A stretch of 64,000 nucleotides of DNA. It comes from Eledone cirrhosa. Lineage: Eukaryota. The translations under genes and the position numbers were made by a program. This document shows positions 38,983-51,009 of this stretch, one piece after another (position 1 is the stretch's first letter; each line of letters opens with the position of its first letter). The stretch is from positions 1 to 64,000 of the forward strand of contig CAXHJY010000944.1 in the NCBI GenBank assembly GCA_964016885.1, read 5' to 3'. Below the pieces are notes generated by a model, which did no database searches, had not been told where the DNA came from, and saw only the letters and a list, made by a program, of their open reading frames with translations.

Positions 38983-41900
38983 ATGGCTGATATAAGAGTT
39001 GGGTGTCTGAATGTACGCGGCCTGGGACTGTCTTGGAAACAAGGCAAACTTTTAAACGATCTCAGGTCGCATAGAATGGATGTAATGGCTATTTGCGAGT
39101 CCAGGATCAGCAGCGAGCACCAACTGGCGCCCCTCTTCGACGACTTTGAGATCTTCGCATCTCTCTGTCAACCGGGGGGGGGTGGAGTTGTCGTTCTGCT
39201 GCGAAAACACCTGGGCCTCGCCATACAGAAGGTGCACCTGGACCCGGAGGGTCGACTGGTGATTTTAGACGTCGGCAGTAGTGAAAGTGGAGCCCTTAGA
39301 CTAATAGCTGTGTACGCCCCTTTTTGGGCAGCGCAGCCGGAATACTTCCAACGTCTGGAAACTTTTCTGGGAACGTCCGGCTCCTTGCTTTTAGTGGGGG
39401 ACTGGAATGGTATCCTGGATGCACGTTGGGACTATGTAGGGGCATGTGCCAATAGAGGGGGGTGTAAAAGCCTCAAAAGGTTAATCGGCCGATTTGACCT
39501 GGCCGATAGATATCGACTAGATTTTCCGACTGTACCACTATGGACGTGGACCAATCGCAGCGGAACATCTAGGTCGTACCTAGATAGGGTCATAGTTAGA
39601 GAGAAGGATAGGGACACATTTAGCTGTCCAAAAATGTTCATGGTTGACTATTCGGATCACAAGTTAGTGACCTGCATAGCCAACCTTGATAGAACCCATA
39701 GACAGGGACCCGGTTACTGGAAGCTGAACTTGTCCTTACCGAGAAGCAAAGCTTACAGTAAACGGATTAGCACGTTAGTTAAGCAGAGTTTGACAGGGGC
39801 AATTGTCAACAACAGGTGGTGGAGCTCTCTTAAGAGAGCAATTAGAATAGAATCGATAGGTTTTAGTCAGGAATTAGCAAGGGATAGGAACAAGACGGAA
39901 AGGGAATTAGTAGATAGAGTAGAAGAGGCGATTAGGAGTGGCAATGTAGCCGGCGTGCTGGCATCAAGAATGGCCTTAGACCAGTTCTTTAAGGTGAAGC
40001 ATGAAGGCTGCGTTGTCAGGAGTAAAATACGTGCTCTGGGTAATGAGGGAGCCAAAGCTGTGAGCTGGGTCCGAGTGACAGAGGCAAAAAGTGGGAACAA
40101 GTCCACGATTCGGTCTTTAAAGGACCAGGATGGGCGTGTGATCCTTGAACCTGGGCAGATGTGTGCGGCCTTTCAGCGGCACTTTGCACGACTGTTCGAG
40201 AGGGGCGGCGCGCCGGGTGAGACTATGGATTTCAATCCATACCTCGACGGTCTGCCGCGCCTCTCGGACGCGGAGGCGAAGTCCTGCGAAAGGACGATTT
40301 CAGCTGCTGAGATAGGGGCGGCGCTGAGCCAATGCGGCAAACGCAAATCCCCGGGTCTCGATGGTCTACCATACGAGCTATATGTAGCGATGCCGGACTT
40401 GTTCTCCGATATCCTCGAAGCGGTCTACTGCAACTGGCAGCAGAACGGGAGAATTCCCAGTTCTGTGACCAAGGGCGTAGTTACGCTGGTGAGGAAGGAT
40501 GAGAACAAGGGGGATGACATAAGTAACTTCAGGCCCATAACTCTGCTAAATACAGAGTTAAAGATTTTGGCCAAGGTGTTAGCGAAGAGGTTGGCGCTTG
40601 TCGTTGGAAACCTGGTGGGAGAAGCGCAGACATGCGCAATCCCGTCCAGGTCCATTCACGACAATCTCCACCTTATGCGATACATCATAGAGAGGGTAGG
40701 GAATGAACCCGGCTTTGGTGGGGCCCTGATCAACTTGGATCAATCTAAAGCTTTCGATAGGGTTGACCATCGTTACCTGGATGCGGTGCTCGCGGCGGCA
40801 GGCTTCGGACCCGTATTCAGGGGTTGGATTGCTGCGATGTACAGCAGCAACGTCTGCTCAAGGGTCAAGGTGAACGGCCACCTCTCGGAGCCGTTCCAAA
40901 TCATGCGATCCATCCGACAGGGATGCCCTCTCTCCTCCCTACTGTATGTGCTGGCTCTTGAGCCACTACTGCGGAAGTTGGAGCGGTTGCAGGGCATCCC
41001 TTTGGAACCGGGATTGCAGAAAGCGGCGTCGGCCTACGCCGATGACGTGACAGTAATGGTGTCGAAAACCTCGCAAATCGGTGAGATCGGCACCTTACTG
41101 GAGGAATATGAAAGGTTTACAGGAGCCAAGCTGAACCGGGACAAGTCCGTCGGTTTGCAACTCGGAACATGGAGAGGCAAACCGATGCCCTCCAACGACG
41201 TCGTCGGACGCTGGACGGAGGGCCCGGTGAAGCTGCTTGGGGTCTGGTTCGGACCAGACCTCCAGGTGGAGAAAAACTGGAACGAGGTAACGGCCAGGGT
41301 GTTTGCACTCACCCAGAAGTGGGCCCAGTGCAAACTATCCCTGAAAGGTCGAGCGGAGGTGGCGAATACTTATATAGCATCCGTCATCTACTACCGCTTG
41401 ACCGTCGTGCCTTGCCCAGTGAAAAGACTCGCCAAAATGGAGTGCGCGCTGCTCCAATTTCTTTGGAACAAGCGGACCCCTTTGGTGAGGAGATCCATCT
41501 GCTGTCAACACCCTTCGAAAGGAGGGCTGGGGATGCCGTGGCTACAGATGCGTAAACACGCATTAAGGCTACGGTACCTCCAGGTATTCCTCACCGGTCA
41601 ACCGGTGTGGGCCCCGTTTGTGAGGCGAGCCTTTCCCAGACTCGTCTCGCTCACCGAGCTGCAATCCTGGGTCAAGCAAAGACCGAGAAAAGTGGGCGAC
41701 TGGCACATTGAATGTGCCCAGGCGCTCACGGCCCTCTGGAAAGCGGACCCGGCAATCAGTGGAGACTCCACCTCGACATTCTATAGAGGGTTGGTACGCA
41801 GCAGGTGCGACGATGCTCTCGGAGAAGCTCTAGGCATGGAGGAAGATGAACTGGCCAGTCTGTTCGGTAGGACGTTTGGCCCTGGACCGATGGACAACTT

Positions 41901-42417
41901 CCAAAAGTCCCTGGCTTGGCAGTGCTACCGAGGGGCTCTACCCGTTCGAGACAAGCTCCACAGGCATGGGAGCCTGGGTAGGGATCCTTTGAATAAGATC
42001 TGTTCGAGATGCGTGCATGATGACGAAACCGTTGCGCACGCATTCGTACACTGCCCAGGCATTGCTGACCTGTGGGGCTATGTGGAACGACTACTGTCGA
42101 GGGTGGGACCAATCCGGTTGACCACCGAGTCCATTGTCACGATCAAACCGCCTCCCCCTTTCAAAAACGAAGGAGAGGCGGTTTTTCTCTGTGTGATAGC
42201 CATGGCTAAAGAAGTTGTATGGTGGACGAGGCTGAAAGGGCTGAGGTCAGACACCTTTCTCTCCGGCCAACAACTGGTCCCCTTTTTCAAATACCATTTT
42301 AAAAGAAGGATCAGAATGGAGAGAGAGGTGCTCTACCCCAGCAAGTTTTATGAAAGGTGGGTGAAAGTAGGGAGAATGGCCAGAGTGAATGGGTCTTCTC
42401 TCTATATCAGCCTGTAG
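38983..42417 (+). CDS. LINE ORF2: APE endonuclease, reverse transcriptase and C-terminal zinc finger
   Basis: CLNVRGL, GDWN, SDHK; [34 protein letters not shown]; CSRC...ETVAHAFVHC; 1144 aa uninterrupted. Confidence 0.96.
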   Translation: MADIRVGCLNVRGLGLSWKQGKLLNDLRSHRMDVMAICESRISSEHQLAPLFDDFEIFASLCQPGGGGVVVLLRKHLGLAIQKVHLDPEGRLVILDVGSSESGALRLIAVYAPFWAAQPEYFQRLETFLGTSGSLLLVGDWNGILDARWDYVGACANRGGCKSLKRLIGRFDLADRYRLDFPTVPLWTWTNRSGTSRSYLDRVIVREKDRDTFSCPKMFMVDYSDHKLVTCIANLDRTHRQGPGYWKLNLSLPRSKAYSKRISTLVKQSLTGAIVNNRWWSSLKRAIRIESIGFSQELARDRNKTERELVDRVEEAIRSGNVAGVLASRMALDQFFKVKHEGCVVRSKIRALGNEGAKAVSWVRVTEAKSGNKSTIRSLKDQDGRVILEPGQMCAAFQRHFARLFERGGAPGETMDFNPYLDGLPRLSDAEAKSCERTISAAEIGAALSQCGKRKSPGLDGLPYELYVAMPDLFSDILEAVYCNWQQNGRIPSSVTKGVVTLVRKDENKGDDISNFRPITLLNTELKILAKVLAKRLALVVGNLVGEAQTCAIPSRSIHDNLHLMRYIIERVGNEPGFGGALINLDQSKAFDRVDHRYLDAVLAAAGFGPVFRGWIAAMYSSNVCSRVKVNGHLSEPFQIMRSIRQGCPLSSLLYVLALEPLLRKLERLQGIPLEPGLQKAASAYADDVTVMVSKTSQIGEIGTLLEEYERFTGAKLNRDKSVGLQLGTWRGKPMPSNDVVGRWTEGPVKLLGVWFGPDLQVEKNWNEVTARVFALTQKWAQCKLSLKGRAEVANTYIASVIYYRLTVVPCPVKRLAKMECALLQFLWNKRTPLVRRSICCQHPSKGGLGMPWLQMRKHALRLRYLQVFLTGQPVWAPFVRRAFPRLVSLTELQSWVKQRPRKVGDWHIECAQALTALWKADPAISGDSTSTFYRGLVRSRCDDALGEALGMEEDELASLFGRTFGPGPMDNFQKSLAWQCYRGALPVRDKLHRHGSLGRDPLNKICSRCVHDDETVAHAFVHCPGIADLWGYVERLLSRVGPIRLTTESIVTIKPPPPFKNEGEAVFLCVIAMAKEVVWWTRLKGLRSDTFLSGQQLVPFFKYHFKRRIRMEREVLYPSKFYERWVKVGRMARVNGSSLYISL

Positions 42418-42654
42418 GTGAAAGAAGAGGAAAAAGAGGAGATGAGGGAAGCACCTACTCTTTGTGCTCCTGAGGAGAAGGGTTGCACATTTTTTCCGGG
42501 GTGTGTGCGACCCATGTTAATGCCCCCTCCCTATTGAGGACTTCGTTTGTTGTTGTTATTTCATTGTTATATTTTTGTACTCGTTAATTATATGTAAACT
42601 TCCCCCCTTGTATCTGTCTCTACCTTTTGTGCCCTAGTGGCAAATAAAGAAACC

Positions 42655-42780
42655 ACTCTATATATACTATTGTATTTTCACAATAAAGGCTTTACCTCAC
42701 ATAATATCTCACATAACATTTACATTACTCTATATATACTATTGTATCTTCACAGTAAAGGCTTTACCTCACATAATATC
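42655..42780. repeat. 72-bp minisatellite, right part
   Basis: Continues the array at 36604. Confidence 0.9.
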
Positions 42781-43021
42781 AAATCTATGAGATTTTGATA
42801 TTATTTATTTTGAGAACTATACCCTAAAGTCGGTATGAAGGGTAAGTTATGACCAGTTTGAACAGAAAAAGATGAGAAAATTCTGGCCGGATATGGCCAG
42901 TTTCAATGCTAAAGGTTTAAACAATAAGGCATATAAACCCCCTTAACAGAAGAACTGGGCATCAACCCCTATGGAAGACAAGTTTATCTCTATTGCTATA
43001 TATTTATAGCTTTAAAATAAT

Positions 43022-43207
43022 TGTTTCTACTTTAGGCACAAGGCCAGCAATTACCCAGTACATTACTGGTACTTTATTTTATCGATCCCGTAAGGATCAA
43101 AGGCAAAGTTAACCTCGACAGGATTTGAACTCAGACCGTAAAAGGACGTATCTATGCTAGAAAGCATGGCATCCAACCCTCTACCGATACTGCCAATTCA
43201 CTGCCCA
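43022..43207 (-). mobile_element. SINE family A with an 18-bp target-site duplication
   Basis: TTATAGCTTTAAAATAAT at 43004-43021 and 43208-43225. Confidence 0.9.
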
Positions 43208-43542
43208 TTATAGCTTTAAAATAATGGAAGTAAATGTGATGGTAACTTAGGTATAATGATAACATTTTTGCCCATCATGTATGAAGGTGTGGGTTTAAGT
43301 CCTACAGGTACTAAGGGACCTTATATAATCAATTACTTAGACTATTTTTCTTTAGTTGAAAAAAATTGATGAATCTTCTTTCTCATAGATTTCACATTTA
43401 TATATATATAGTTAGGAAAGCAGAAAATTGCTTATTGTAATCCAGTTCGTAATACCAATGAAATAGTCGCAAATACCTGGATAAAATCCTTTTTTTAATG
43501 GTTACCTGTGTTTTCTCTTTTATTCTATATATATATATATAT

Positions 43543-43973
43543 TGGATGTGTAATAGTAATATACGTGAACGGCAAAGCATAAATGAACTAAGGGAGAAAT
43601 TAGGAATAAGAGGGATCAGATGCTGTTTACTCGAGCGAAGACTACGTTGGTATGGTCACGTGATGCGCATGAAAGACGACAGCTGTATAAAAAAGTGCAG
43701 GGTGATCAAAATAGATGGAAGCTACGGAGTAGGCAGACCCAGAAAAACCTGGGACGACTTGATAAATTCCGACCTCACACACTTACACCCCTCCAAGACA
43801 ATGTCACTGGACCGAGATCTTTGGCGCTACACAGTAATACAGAAGACCCGCCTTGCCTAAGTACAAAGCGAAACCTAGAGTCAGTAGGCACCTCCTAACC
43901 AAAAATACACCCCCATCCCACTACCCCTACCCTTCCCCCATCAATTCTCGTCCAAACCCATGCAAGCGTGGAA
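43543..43973 (+). mobile_element. RTE-clade LINE 3' fragment (family 1)
   Basis: RRLRWYGHVMRM...GRPRKTW plus 3' UTR; other copies at 46705 and 53850 on the minus strand. Confidence 0.88.
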
Positions 43974-44597
43974 GAAGTGGTGGATAGCTTCCGGTACCTA
44001 GGAGATCAGATTAGCATGGGAGGAGGGTGTTCCGAGGACATAGCATCTAGAATAAGGATGGGTTGGAAGAAGTTTAGGGAGCTGCTTCCTCTGTTGACGA
44101 AGAAGGGTTTCTCCCTGCGTACGAAAGGCCGGTTGTATGATGCCTGTGTGAGGAGCGCGATGCTGCATGGTAGTGAGACATGGGCAGTAACTGCAGAGGA
44201 CATGCGACGGCTGGAGAGAAATGAGGCAAGCATGCTCCGTTGGATGTGCAGTGTAAATGTGCGTGAACGACCCAGCTTAAATGTGTTGAAAGAGAAACTG
44301 TGTCTGAGAGGGATAGAATGTAGTGTACGGGAGAGGAGACTGAGGTGGTATGGACATGTGATGCGCATGGAGGATGACCGATGGGTGAAGAAGTGCCAGG
44401 AATTGCCAATTGAAGGAAGACGTGGTAGAGGTAGACCACGAAAAACATGGGCGGAGGTGGTGAGAACAGACCTCAGATCATTGAAGCTCACGGTGGAGAT
44501 GACGAGGGACCGTGACGAGTGGAGAGATGCTGTGCTGAATAAGACCCGTCCCACCCTTGCAAGCAGGGAAAAGCGGACGTAAAATGATGATGATGAT
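43968..44597 (+). mobile_element. RTE-clade LINE 3' fragment (family 2) with a (TGA)n tail
   Basis: FRYLG, LHGSETW, RLRWYGHVMR, GRGRPRKTW; fused directly to the preceding fragment. Confidence 0.92.
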
Positions 44598-44708
44598 ATA
44601 TATATATTTGTTCCTTTACAACTATTGGTTGATCACACATAAACATTTGTCATATATGTATACACTTACATATAAAAACATTTTCCTATGCCTATCACTA
44701 TTACATAT

Positions 44709-44830
44709 TTAACCCTTTAGTTACCAACCCAGCCAAAGTCAGCTCTGGTTCTATGAAATAAAACCACCCATTTTAAAGGTTTCCAATTTAAATTAAAATT
44801 TCATTAGACATGTGGTCATAAAAGGGTTAA
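44709..44830 (+). mobile_element. piggyBac-type MITE, single left unit, internally deleted
   Basis: TTAACCCTTT...AAAGGGTTAA termini. Confidence 0.85.
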
Positions 44831-45696
44831 ACATTTAGTAGTAAGAATTCTCAGGGGAGCTGGACAGCAGAAGTTCTTCAGAGAAGAAACCCCACTCAAG
44901 CAAGTGTTTTAACCCTTAACTTCTTACACCCCAAGGGGAGCCAGACAAGTTACTTAGTGATGAAATAATTTAATATTTTCATAAATCCTTCAAAATTTTT
45001 CATTAATTAATTGAAATGGTGTATTCCATTAAAAATGTGGTCAGTAAAGGATTAAAACATTTAAATCGTTTAATCATATCACACTCTTTCATCTTTAAAA
45101 GGAAGAACACATTGGATAATCTCGAGCTAGATATAGTATGTTTGATATAAACAAAGAAGATAAGATGGAATTGCCACAGCTGGAATGTCTTTGATCAGAG
45201 ATCTGCTGAATGAAAGTTAACCAAAGGATAGACAACAACAACAGCAACAACATCTATTCCTAGTCTTTATTTACACTTGATCTAAGAATCTTTATTCATA
45301 ATGCAGGGTTTCAATGTTTATATTTACTTTGTTACAGTCCATTAGATGACACTAATAGTTTAGTAAACCTAATTTATTCCAGTAATAACTCATCTTTAAA
45401 ACATAGACATGTACAAAACATTGTTTGTTCTGCAGCACTTAAAAATGAACTTCAAAACCCAATTGTCGACAGGTGTCAACAAAGTGAATATCAACAACAC
45501 CTCAGGTATTCCAGCTATGTTCTCAGACATTAACATCAACTAAAGCAACGCTATTTCAAGAGAGAAGCAATTACTTTACAAATTTGTTTGTTTGTTTTCA
45601 CTGTTGTTTAAAAGCTTATTGGATTAACGGATTAGCAAGAGTAAGAAAGGCTGCCAGTTAGACACTTTAGATATATACGTGAGGAATTTGTTTTAC

Positions 45697-45769
45697 CTGC
45701 TTATCCAGCTTTCCAACACTGTTCTCATATATTCCGAGATACACTACCAACACATAATCAAAGCCTTCG
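45697..45769 (-). CDS. Candidate host-gene exon (unidentified protein)
   Basis: (CTT)n-CAG acceptor, CAG|GTAAAA donor, 73 nt: EGFDYVLVVYLGIYENSVGKLDKQ. Confidence 0.45.
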
Positions 45770-45938
45770 CTGAAGAAGAAGAAGAAGAAGAAGAAGATAT
45801 ATTTATGTCTCTGTTTTGTATTATTATTTTTTAAATATCTCAACAAATTTGGATTCAATAATTGCTCAACATTAAGATGGCAAATTTTCAGAAGTGTTAG
45901 AGTAACAAACAAAATGCCTTGCATTATTTATTCCAGCT

Positions 45939-46165
45939 GTGGTGGGTTAGCAGAATAGGTAGAGCATCAGACACCATGCTTTGTGGCATTGAGTTACAGC
46001 CCTGGCCCTTTATATTCTCATTTCAAATCCTGCCAAGATTAGCTTTGCCTTTTATCCTAAGAGGGTCGATAATATAAAGTACCACTAATGTACTGGGGTT
46101 GATTTAATCAACTTTCTGCTCCCACCAAATTGTTGGCCTTGTGCCTAAATCAAAAACCATTATTT
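45939..46165 (+). mobile_element. Diverged SINE family A
   Basis: TTCAAATCC...TTTGCCTTTTATCC...GGGTCGATAA...GGCCTTGTGCC blocks. Confidence 0.7.
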
Positions 46166-46418
46166 ATCCCAGTTCTTTCTATTCTGAGTTCAAATCCTGC
46201 CAAACTCAGATTTGCTTTTCATCCTTTCTTTAATGTCTTTAAAGACTTGCTATGTGGTGACTGGGTGCTTTTTTGTTGTCACCAGCATGACCACTTTATT
46301 GGGTGGACTGGACATTTTTTGTCATGTCATCCTGTCATGTAACCCATAACCTAGAGTGGCTTTAAAGCCATGTTGTGTGGTGACCTTTAATAAAACAAAT
46401 ATATATATAATATATATA

Positions 46419-46670
46419 TCATCATCATCGTTTAATGTCTATCTTCCACGCTAGCATGGGTTTAAACGGGAATTGTCCACGTGAGGCAAGATTGGTTGTC
46501 TTGCTCGTATAGGACTGTCTGGCAGGTTTTCTATGACTGGATGCCCTTCCTAACACCAACCACGTTTGTGTGGACTGGGAGGTTTTTACCGTGTTACCTA
46601 CACGGCCACATTACAGCGTGGACTGTGTGTTTTTTTGTCGTGACACCTACACAACCACTTTAGTTTGGAC
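46419..46670 (-). mobile_element. RTE-tailed SINE, 3' part
   Basis: GGATGCCCTTCCTAACACCAACC and (CAT)n tail; near-identical copy at 52815-53090. Confidence 0.75.
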
Positions 46671-46704
46671 TGGATATTGTGGTACCAACATAACTTTACA
46701 GAGA

Positions 46705-47222
46705 AAGGGGTGGTGTTGATGGGGGTAGGGGTAGTGGGATGTGGGTGTATTTTTGGTTAGGAGGTGCCTACTGACTGTAGGTTTCGCTTTGTACTCAGGC
46801 AAGGCAGGTCTTCTGTATTATTGCGTAGCGCCAAAGATCTCGGTCCAGTGACATTTTCTTGGAGGGGTGTAAGTGTGTGAGGTCGGAATTTATCAAGTCG
46901 TCCCAGGTTTTTCTGGGTCTGCTTACTCCATAGCTTCCATCTATTTTGATCGCCCTGCACTTTTTTATACAGCTGTCGTCTTTCATGCGCATCACGTGAC
47001 CATACCAACGTAGTCTTCTCTCGAGTAAACAGCATCTGATCCCTCTTATTCCTAATTTCTCACTTAGTTTATTTATGCTTTGCCATTCACTATTACTATT
47101 ACACATCCAACGGAGCATGCAAGCTTCGTTCCTCCCCTGTCTGCGCAGATCCTCTGCACACAATGCCCATGTCTCACTGCCATGTAACATTGCTGTTTGT
47201 ATGCAGGCAGCATACAGTCTGC
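46705..47222 (-). mobile_element. RTE family 1, 3' fragment
   Basis: LHGSETW...RRLRWYGHV; matches the 43543 copy. Confidence 0.9.
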
Positions 47223-47261
47223 TTTTCCAGTAACTACACAGCATGCCTCTTTACCTGTATT

Positions 47262-47294
<33 letters not shown>

Positions 47295-48457
47295 AAATAC
47301 AGGTAAAGAGGCATGCTGTGTAGTTGCTGAAACGAAGTATAAGAAGGTAATAGGGACGTAAACAAGAGAAGAAAAGTTGCCCTTCATCAGCTGTTTAGAT
47401 GTTTCGGTACTTAAAACAGAACATCGATCCGTACCGCGGCCACGGCCTTTTATCCATCATAAATATATAATTTGATGATGATACAGTTTATTACAGTTTA
47501 TATTAGAAATATAAACTTTGTTACATAAGAAGTAGATTGAAATATCTATACAGACAGAATCCTCCTCATCATCATTATTGCTACAACCCAAGTTCGTACT
47601 TTACTCAGCTACTGTCCCTTTAGATAGGCTGAAGATTACATCTTGCTTCACATATGTTTCAGTTATGGCATGGGTTATACAGCTGGATGCCCTTCCTAAC
47701 ACCACAAACTCTAGTTATATCTACCATTAAAATTATATTGGTTTCTTACATAGGTGCCAGGCCTTAAACTAGAACTAATAAGGAGAAAGTGGAAATGCTA
47801 TGCTGTTACATTCATGACTTTCCCAAGAAGATTAGCATACAGAATTAATATTAGCATAAATGAATTGAATTAACAGCATCCAGGGAATAAACGAAGGTTA
47901 TGTATTCTGAAAATTGGAATTTGCCTCTTCGAACTGCCACTAGAATGAAATATTAATTTAATTAGGGTTAAGAGGATATTAAGGGGTTGTTATGTCTACT
48001 ACTGACTACCACTGACTATTATTGTGTTGTTAGGAACAACAACAACAATATGAACCATTATAAGGGTAAAGAGGAAAAGAATAAAATGTGACCCTATTAA
48101 ATAGGTGTTAAATTGATACAGTAATGCCTGGGGCTTTGTTGTAGTGCTGTCTTATAAAGGGACACAGCTGAGTGAGAGAATATCTCAGAGGAGCTCAGGG
48201 TTTAGAAGAAGCTTAGGGTTCAACATATTATCTTTTTGACCCTTGTACATGTGGTGGTGGTGGTGTTGTTCATGGTGGTGGTTTTGGTGGCGGTCATTGT
48301 GGTGGGAATGGCGGTCATCATCATCATCGTCATCAACCATTGGTACTGATAGACATAATCCACCCACTTTAACGTTACCAGTTTGACTGTCAACTGTGTT
48401 TAGCAGATTCCACTCTACTTCAGTATTTGGGCCAGATCTTCTCCAGTTTAAGGACAC

Positions 48458-48528
48458 CATCTTCGCTTCTTCACTCCTGCCAATCTCAGAAACTCTGGGA
48501 AGGGGCTAGGGTCAATGTATTTCACTCC
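48458..48528 (-). CDS. Candidate host-gene exon
   Basis: ttatttaatcag acceptor; GVKYIDPSPFPEFLRLAGVKKRR; phase-compatible with the 45697 exon via a weak GTGTCC donor. Confidence 0.3.
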
Positions 48529-48659
48529 CTGATTAAATAATTTAAAATAGATCCAATGACAATAACAATATACAAAACTGTTTTATGTAGTCTTGAAACA
48601 AAAAATAAAATCTTATTTATTTGACTTAAATAATTATTTTATTTCATTTTTCTAAAGTC

Positions 48660-48897
48660 TAAGTTTCATCAGGTTGGTTCTTATCCTGATTTCCATGGTA
48701 TTAAGTGTCTGAGAGTACAAGACTCCTCCTGGACAGGACACCAGTCTTTTGCAGGATTAAACCCCCAGCTATTGCAGGTACTCATTTTCAGCTGAGTATA
48801 CTGGAGCAATGTGAAATGAAGTGTTTTGCTCAAGAACACATCATGCAACCCAGAAATCGAACCAATGACATGATTGTAAGTCCAACACCCTTACCAC
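48660..48897 (-). mobile_element. SINE family B
   Basis: Reverse complement of the 16945 and 30697 family. Confidence 0.8.
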
Positions 48898-49320
48898 TAT
48901 ATTGCCTGTGTTTCATTTAATGTTTAGTAAAATTATATTTTTTTATCATTTTAAGATAATTCTTGGAATATAACTTATTTTTTTAGATAAAGTTATGATG
49001 CCACAGCATGGTCCTATCTTATGGAATTGTAGGGTGCCATAATGACATCTTGGGTATTTTTAAACCTGGCAGAGCCAATACCTCTCCATGTCTGAACACA
49101 GTAAATTTCTTCCAGAGAAGGAAGATAGAAAGTGATAGAGAAAAAGTGAGAAAGAGATACAAAGGTAGAATTGACCCCCAGTACATGACTGGTACTCTTT
49201 CTATCAATCTCAAAAGGATTGAAGGAAAAGTTGACCTGAAAGGGATTTCAAATCAGCGAGTCGAAACGAATACCACAAAGTATTCTATTCAACTTTCTAA
49301 TGATTCTAGTGATTCTAGTA

Positions 49321-49941
49321 TTAACCCTTTAGTTACCAACCCAGCCAAAACCAGCTCTGGTTCTATGAAATAAAACCACCCATTTTAACCCTTTAGTTAC
49401 CAACCCAGCCAAAACCAGCTCTGGTTCTATGAAATAAAACCTTCCATTTAAGCCTTTAGTTACCAACCTGGTCAAAACCAGTTCTGGTTCTATGAAATAA
49501 AACCACCCATTTCAACCCTTAAGTTACCAACCTAGCCAAAACCAGCTCTGGCTCTATGAAATAAAACCACCCATTTTAACCCTTAAGTTACCAACCTAGC
49601 CAAAACCAGCTCTGGCTCTATGAAATAAAACAACCCATTTTAACCCTTTAGTTACCAACGTGACCAAAACCAGCTCTGGTTCTATAAAATAAAACCACCC
49701 ATTTTAACCCTTTAGTTACCAACCCAGCCAAAATCAGCTCTGGTTCTATAAAATAAAATCACCCATTTTAAAGATTTCCTATTTAAATTAAAATCTTCCA
49801 ACATAGTTTTATATAAGAACCTTACATTAAGTTACTAACTTAATTATGAAATAATTAATGATTTTAGTAAATCCCTCAAAATTCTTCATCAATTAATTAA
49901 AACAGTGGGTTTCATTAGAAATGTGGTCAGGAAAGGGTTAA
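49321..49941 (+). mobile_element. piggyBac-type MITE with 7 left-end units
   Basis: TTAACCCTTT...AAAGGGTTAA termini; 64-bp period. Confidence 0.85.
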
Positions 49942-50058
49942 AGTTATGATAAGAGGTTTAAATAAAATCTGAACATTTTGAAACACGATTTTTGTATTAT
50001 AAATCCAAGGTGATCTCAAGTGGAGTTTGAATCAAAAGGGTTAAAGTCCCATTTAATG

Positions 50059-50297
50059 TTTATTGTGGTCAAGCTATACTAAATGTCCAGTTTTTATTGT
50101 GGTCAAGCTATGCTAAATGTCAATTATTTATTGTGGTCAAGCTATGCTAAATGTCCATTGTTTATTATGGTCAAGCTATGCTAAATGTCCATTGTTTATT
50201 GTGGCCAAGCTATGCTAAATGTCCATTGTTTATTGTGGTCAAGCTATGCTAAATGTCCATTGTTTATTGTGGTCAAGCTATACTAAATGTCGATTGT
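50059..50297. repeat. 34-bp minisatellite (TTTATTGTGGTCAAGCTATGCTAAATGTCCATTG), 7 copies
   Basis: Direct tandem repeat. Confidence 0.93.
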
Positions 50298-51009
50298 TGG
50301 TCCAATCTGTTGATGATATCCTTTTTCTATTAAATGAAGTCACTTGAAAATATTTGTTAATGCATTGTTGATAAATGATGAAGAGAGGGAGAGAAAGTAG
50401 GAGAGAGAGAGAGGGAGAGAGAAGAAGAGGAAAGGAGAAAGTGAGAGTGAAGTTGTCTTTTCTTGTCTTTTCTTTTGCTTGTCATTGACTGGAACAGACC
50501 CTGAGGTAAAATCATTTCAATCATGGCTGAACTGTCTCTGATTTCAGTGGAGAAATTAATCTCTTAGTACACATCAACTGAAGCACCTAATATACTCACA
50601 TTGCCACAATTTATAGAGATAATAATTTAAATTCATATTAAAGTGGGAGATATTGTCACAGTTTATAGAGATAATAGTTTAAATATATATTACAGTAGAA
50701 GATATGGTAATAACTCATTCATAGCAAGGATCAAATATCTTAATTTAGAAATAAAATCATAATACTTTACAGGGTAGAGATTAAACTAACAAATATGGTC
50801 TACTCTCAAATAAACTTGACAACATCATCAGGTGCAGATTACATAATTAGTTAAAAGGAATTAAAGCAAACACAGAGAAAATACTTGATCAGAGAAGATT
50901 CACAAAATTCTATGTTCTTGTTAGGGCGAACCATCTCTAACACCGAATTTTGTTAGTCATCTCTGGATCAAGTTTGCCGTAATTTCTTTTATAGATTAAC
51001 TATGTAATC

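Larger units (their letters stand above)
37027..42653 (+). mobile_element. Apparently full-length L1-clade (Tx1-type) LINE
   Basis: 5' UTR, two intact ORFs 21 nt apart, 3' UTR ending AATAAAGAAAC; interrupts the 72-bp array. Confidence 0.93.
36592..42920 (+). mobile_element. Second TTAA/CCC MITE family hosting a 72-bp minisatellite and the Tx1-type LINE
   Basis: TTAACCCTTTAGCATT (36592) and AATGCTAAAGGTTTAA (42905-42920) form a 15/16 inverted match. Confidence 0.6.

Noticed and set aside
39052-42290. Antisense and alternate-frame ORFs within LINE ORF2 (also 57373-59910 and 60891-63638)
   Set aside because: They are shadow ORFs with no recognisable motifs.
47375-47440. Minus-strand GAAAC...CTGATGA hammerhead pieces
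   Set aside because: The halves are in an order and spacing that I cannot fold into a complete core; at most a PLE remnant.
48185-48460. 91-aa His/Asp-rich ORF
   Set aside because: The low-complexity part is microsatellite; the more plausible coding frame nearby is a different one (48458-48528).
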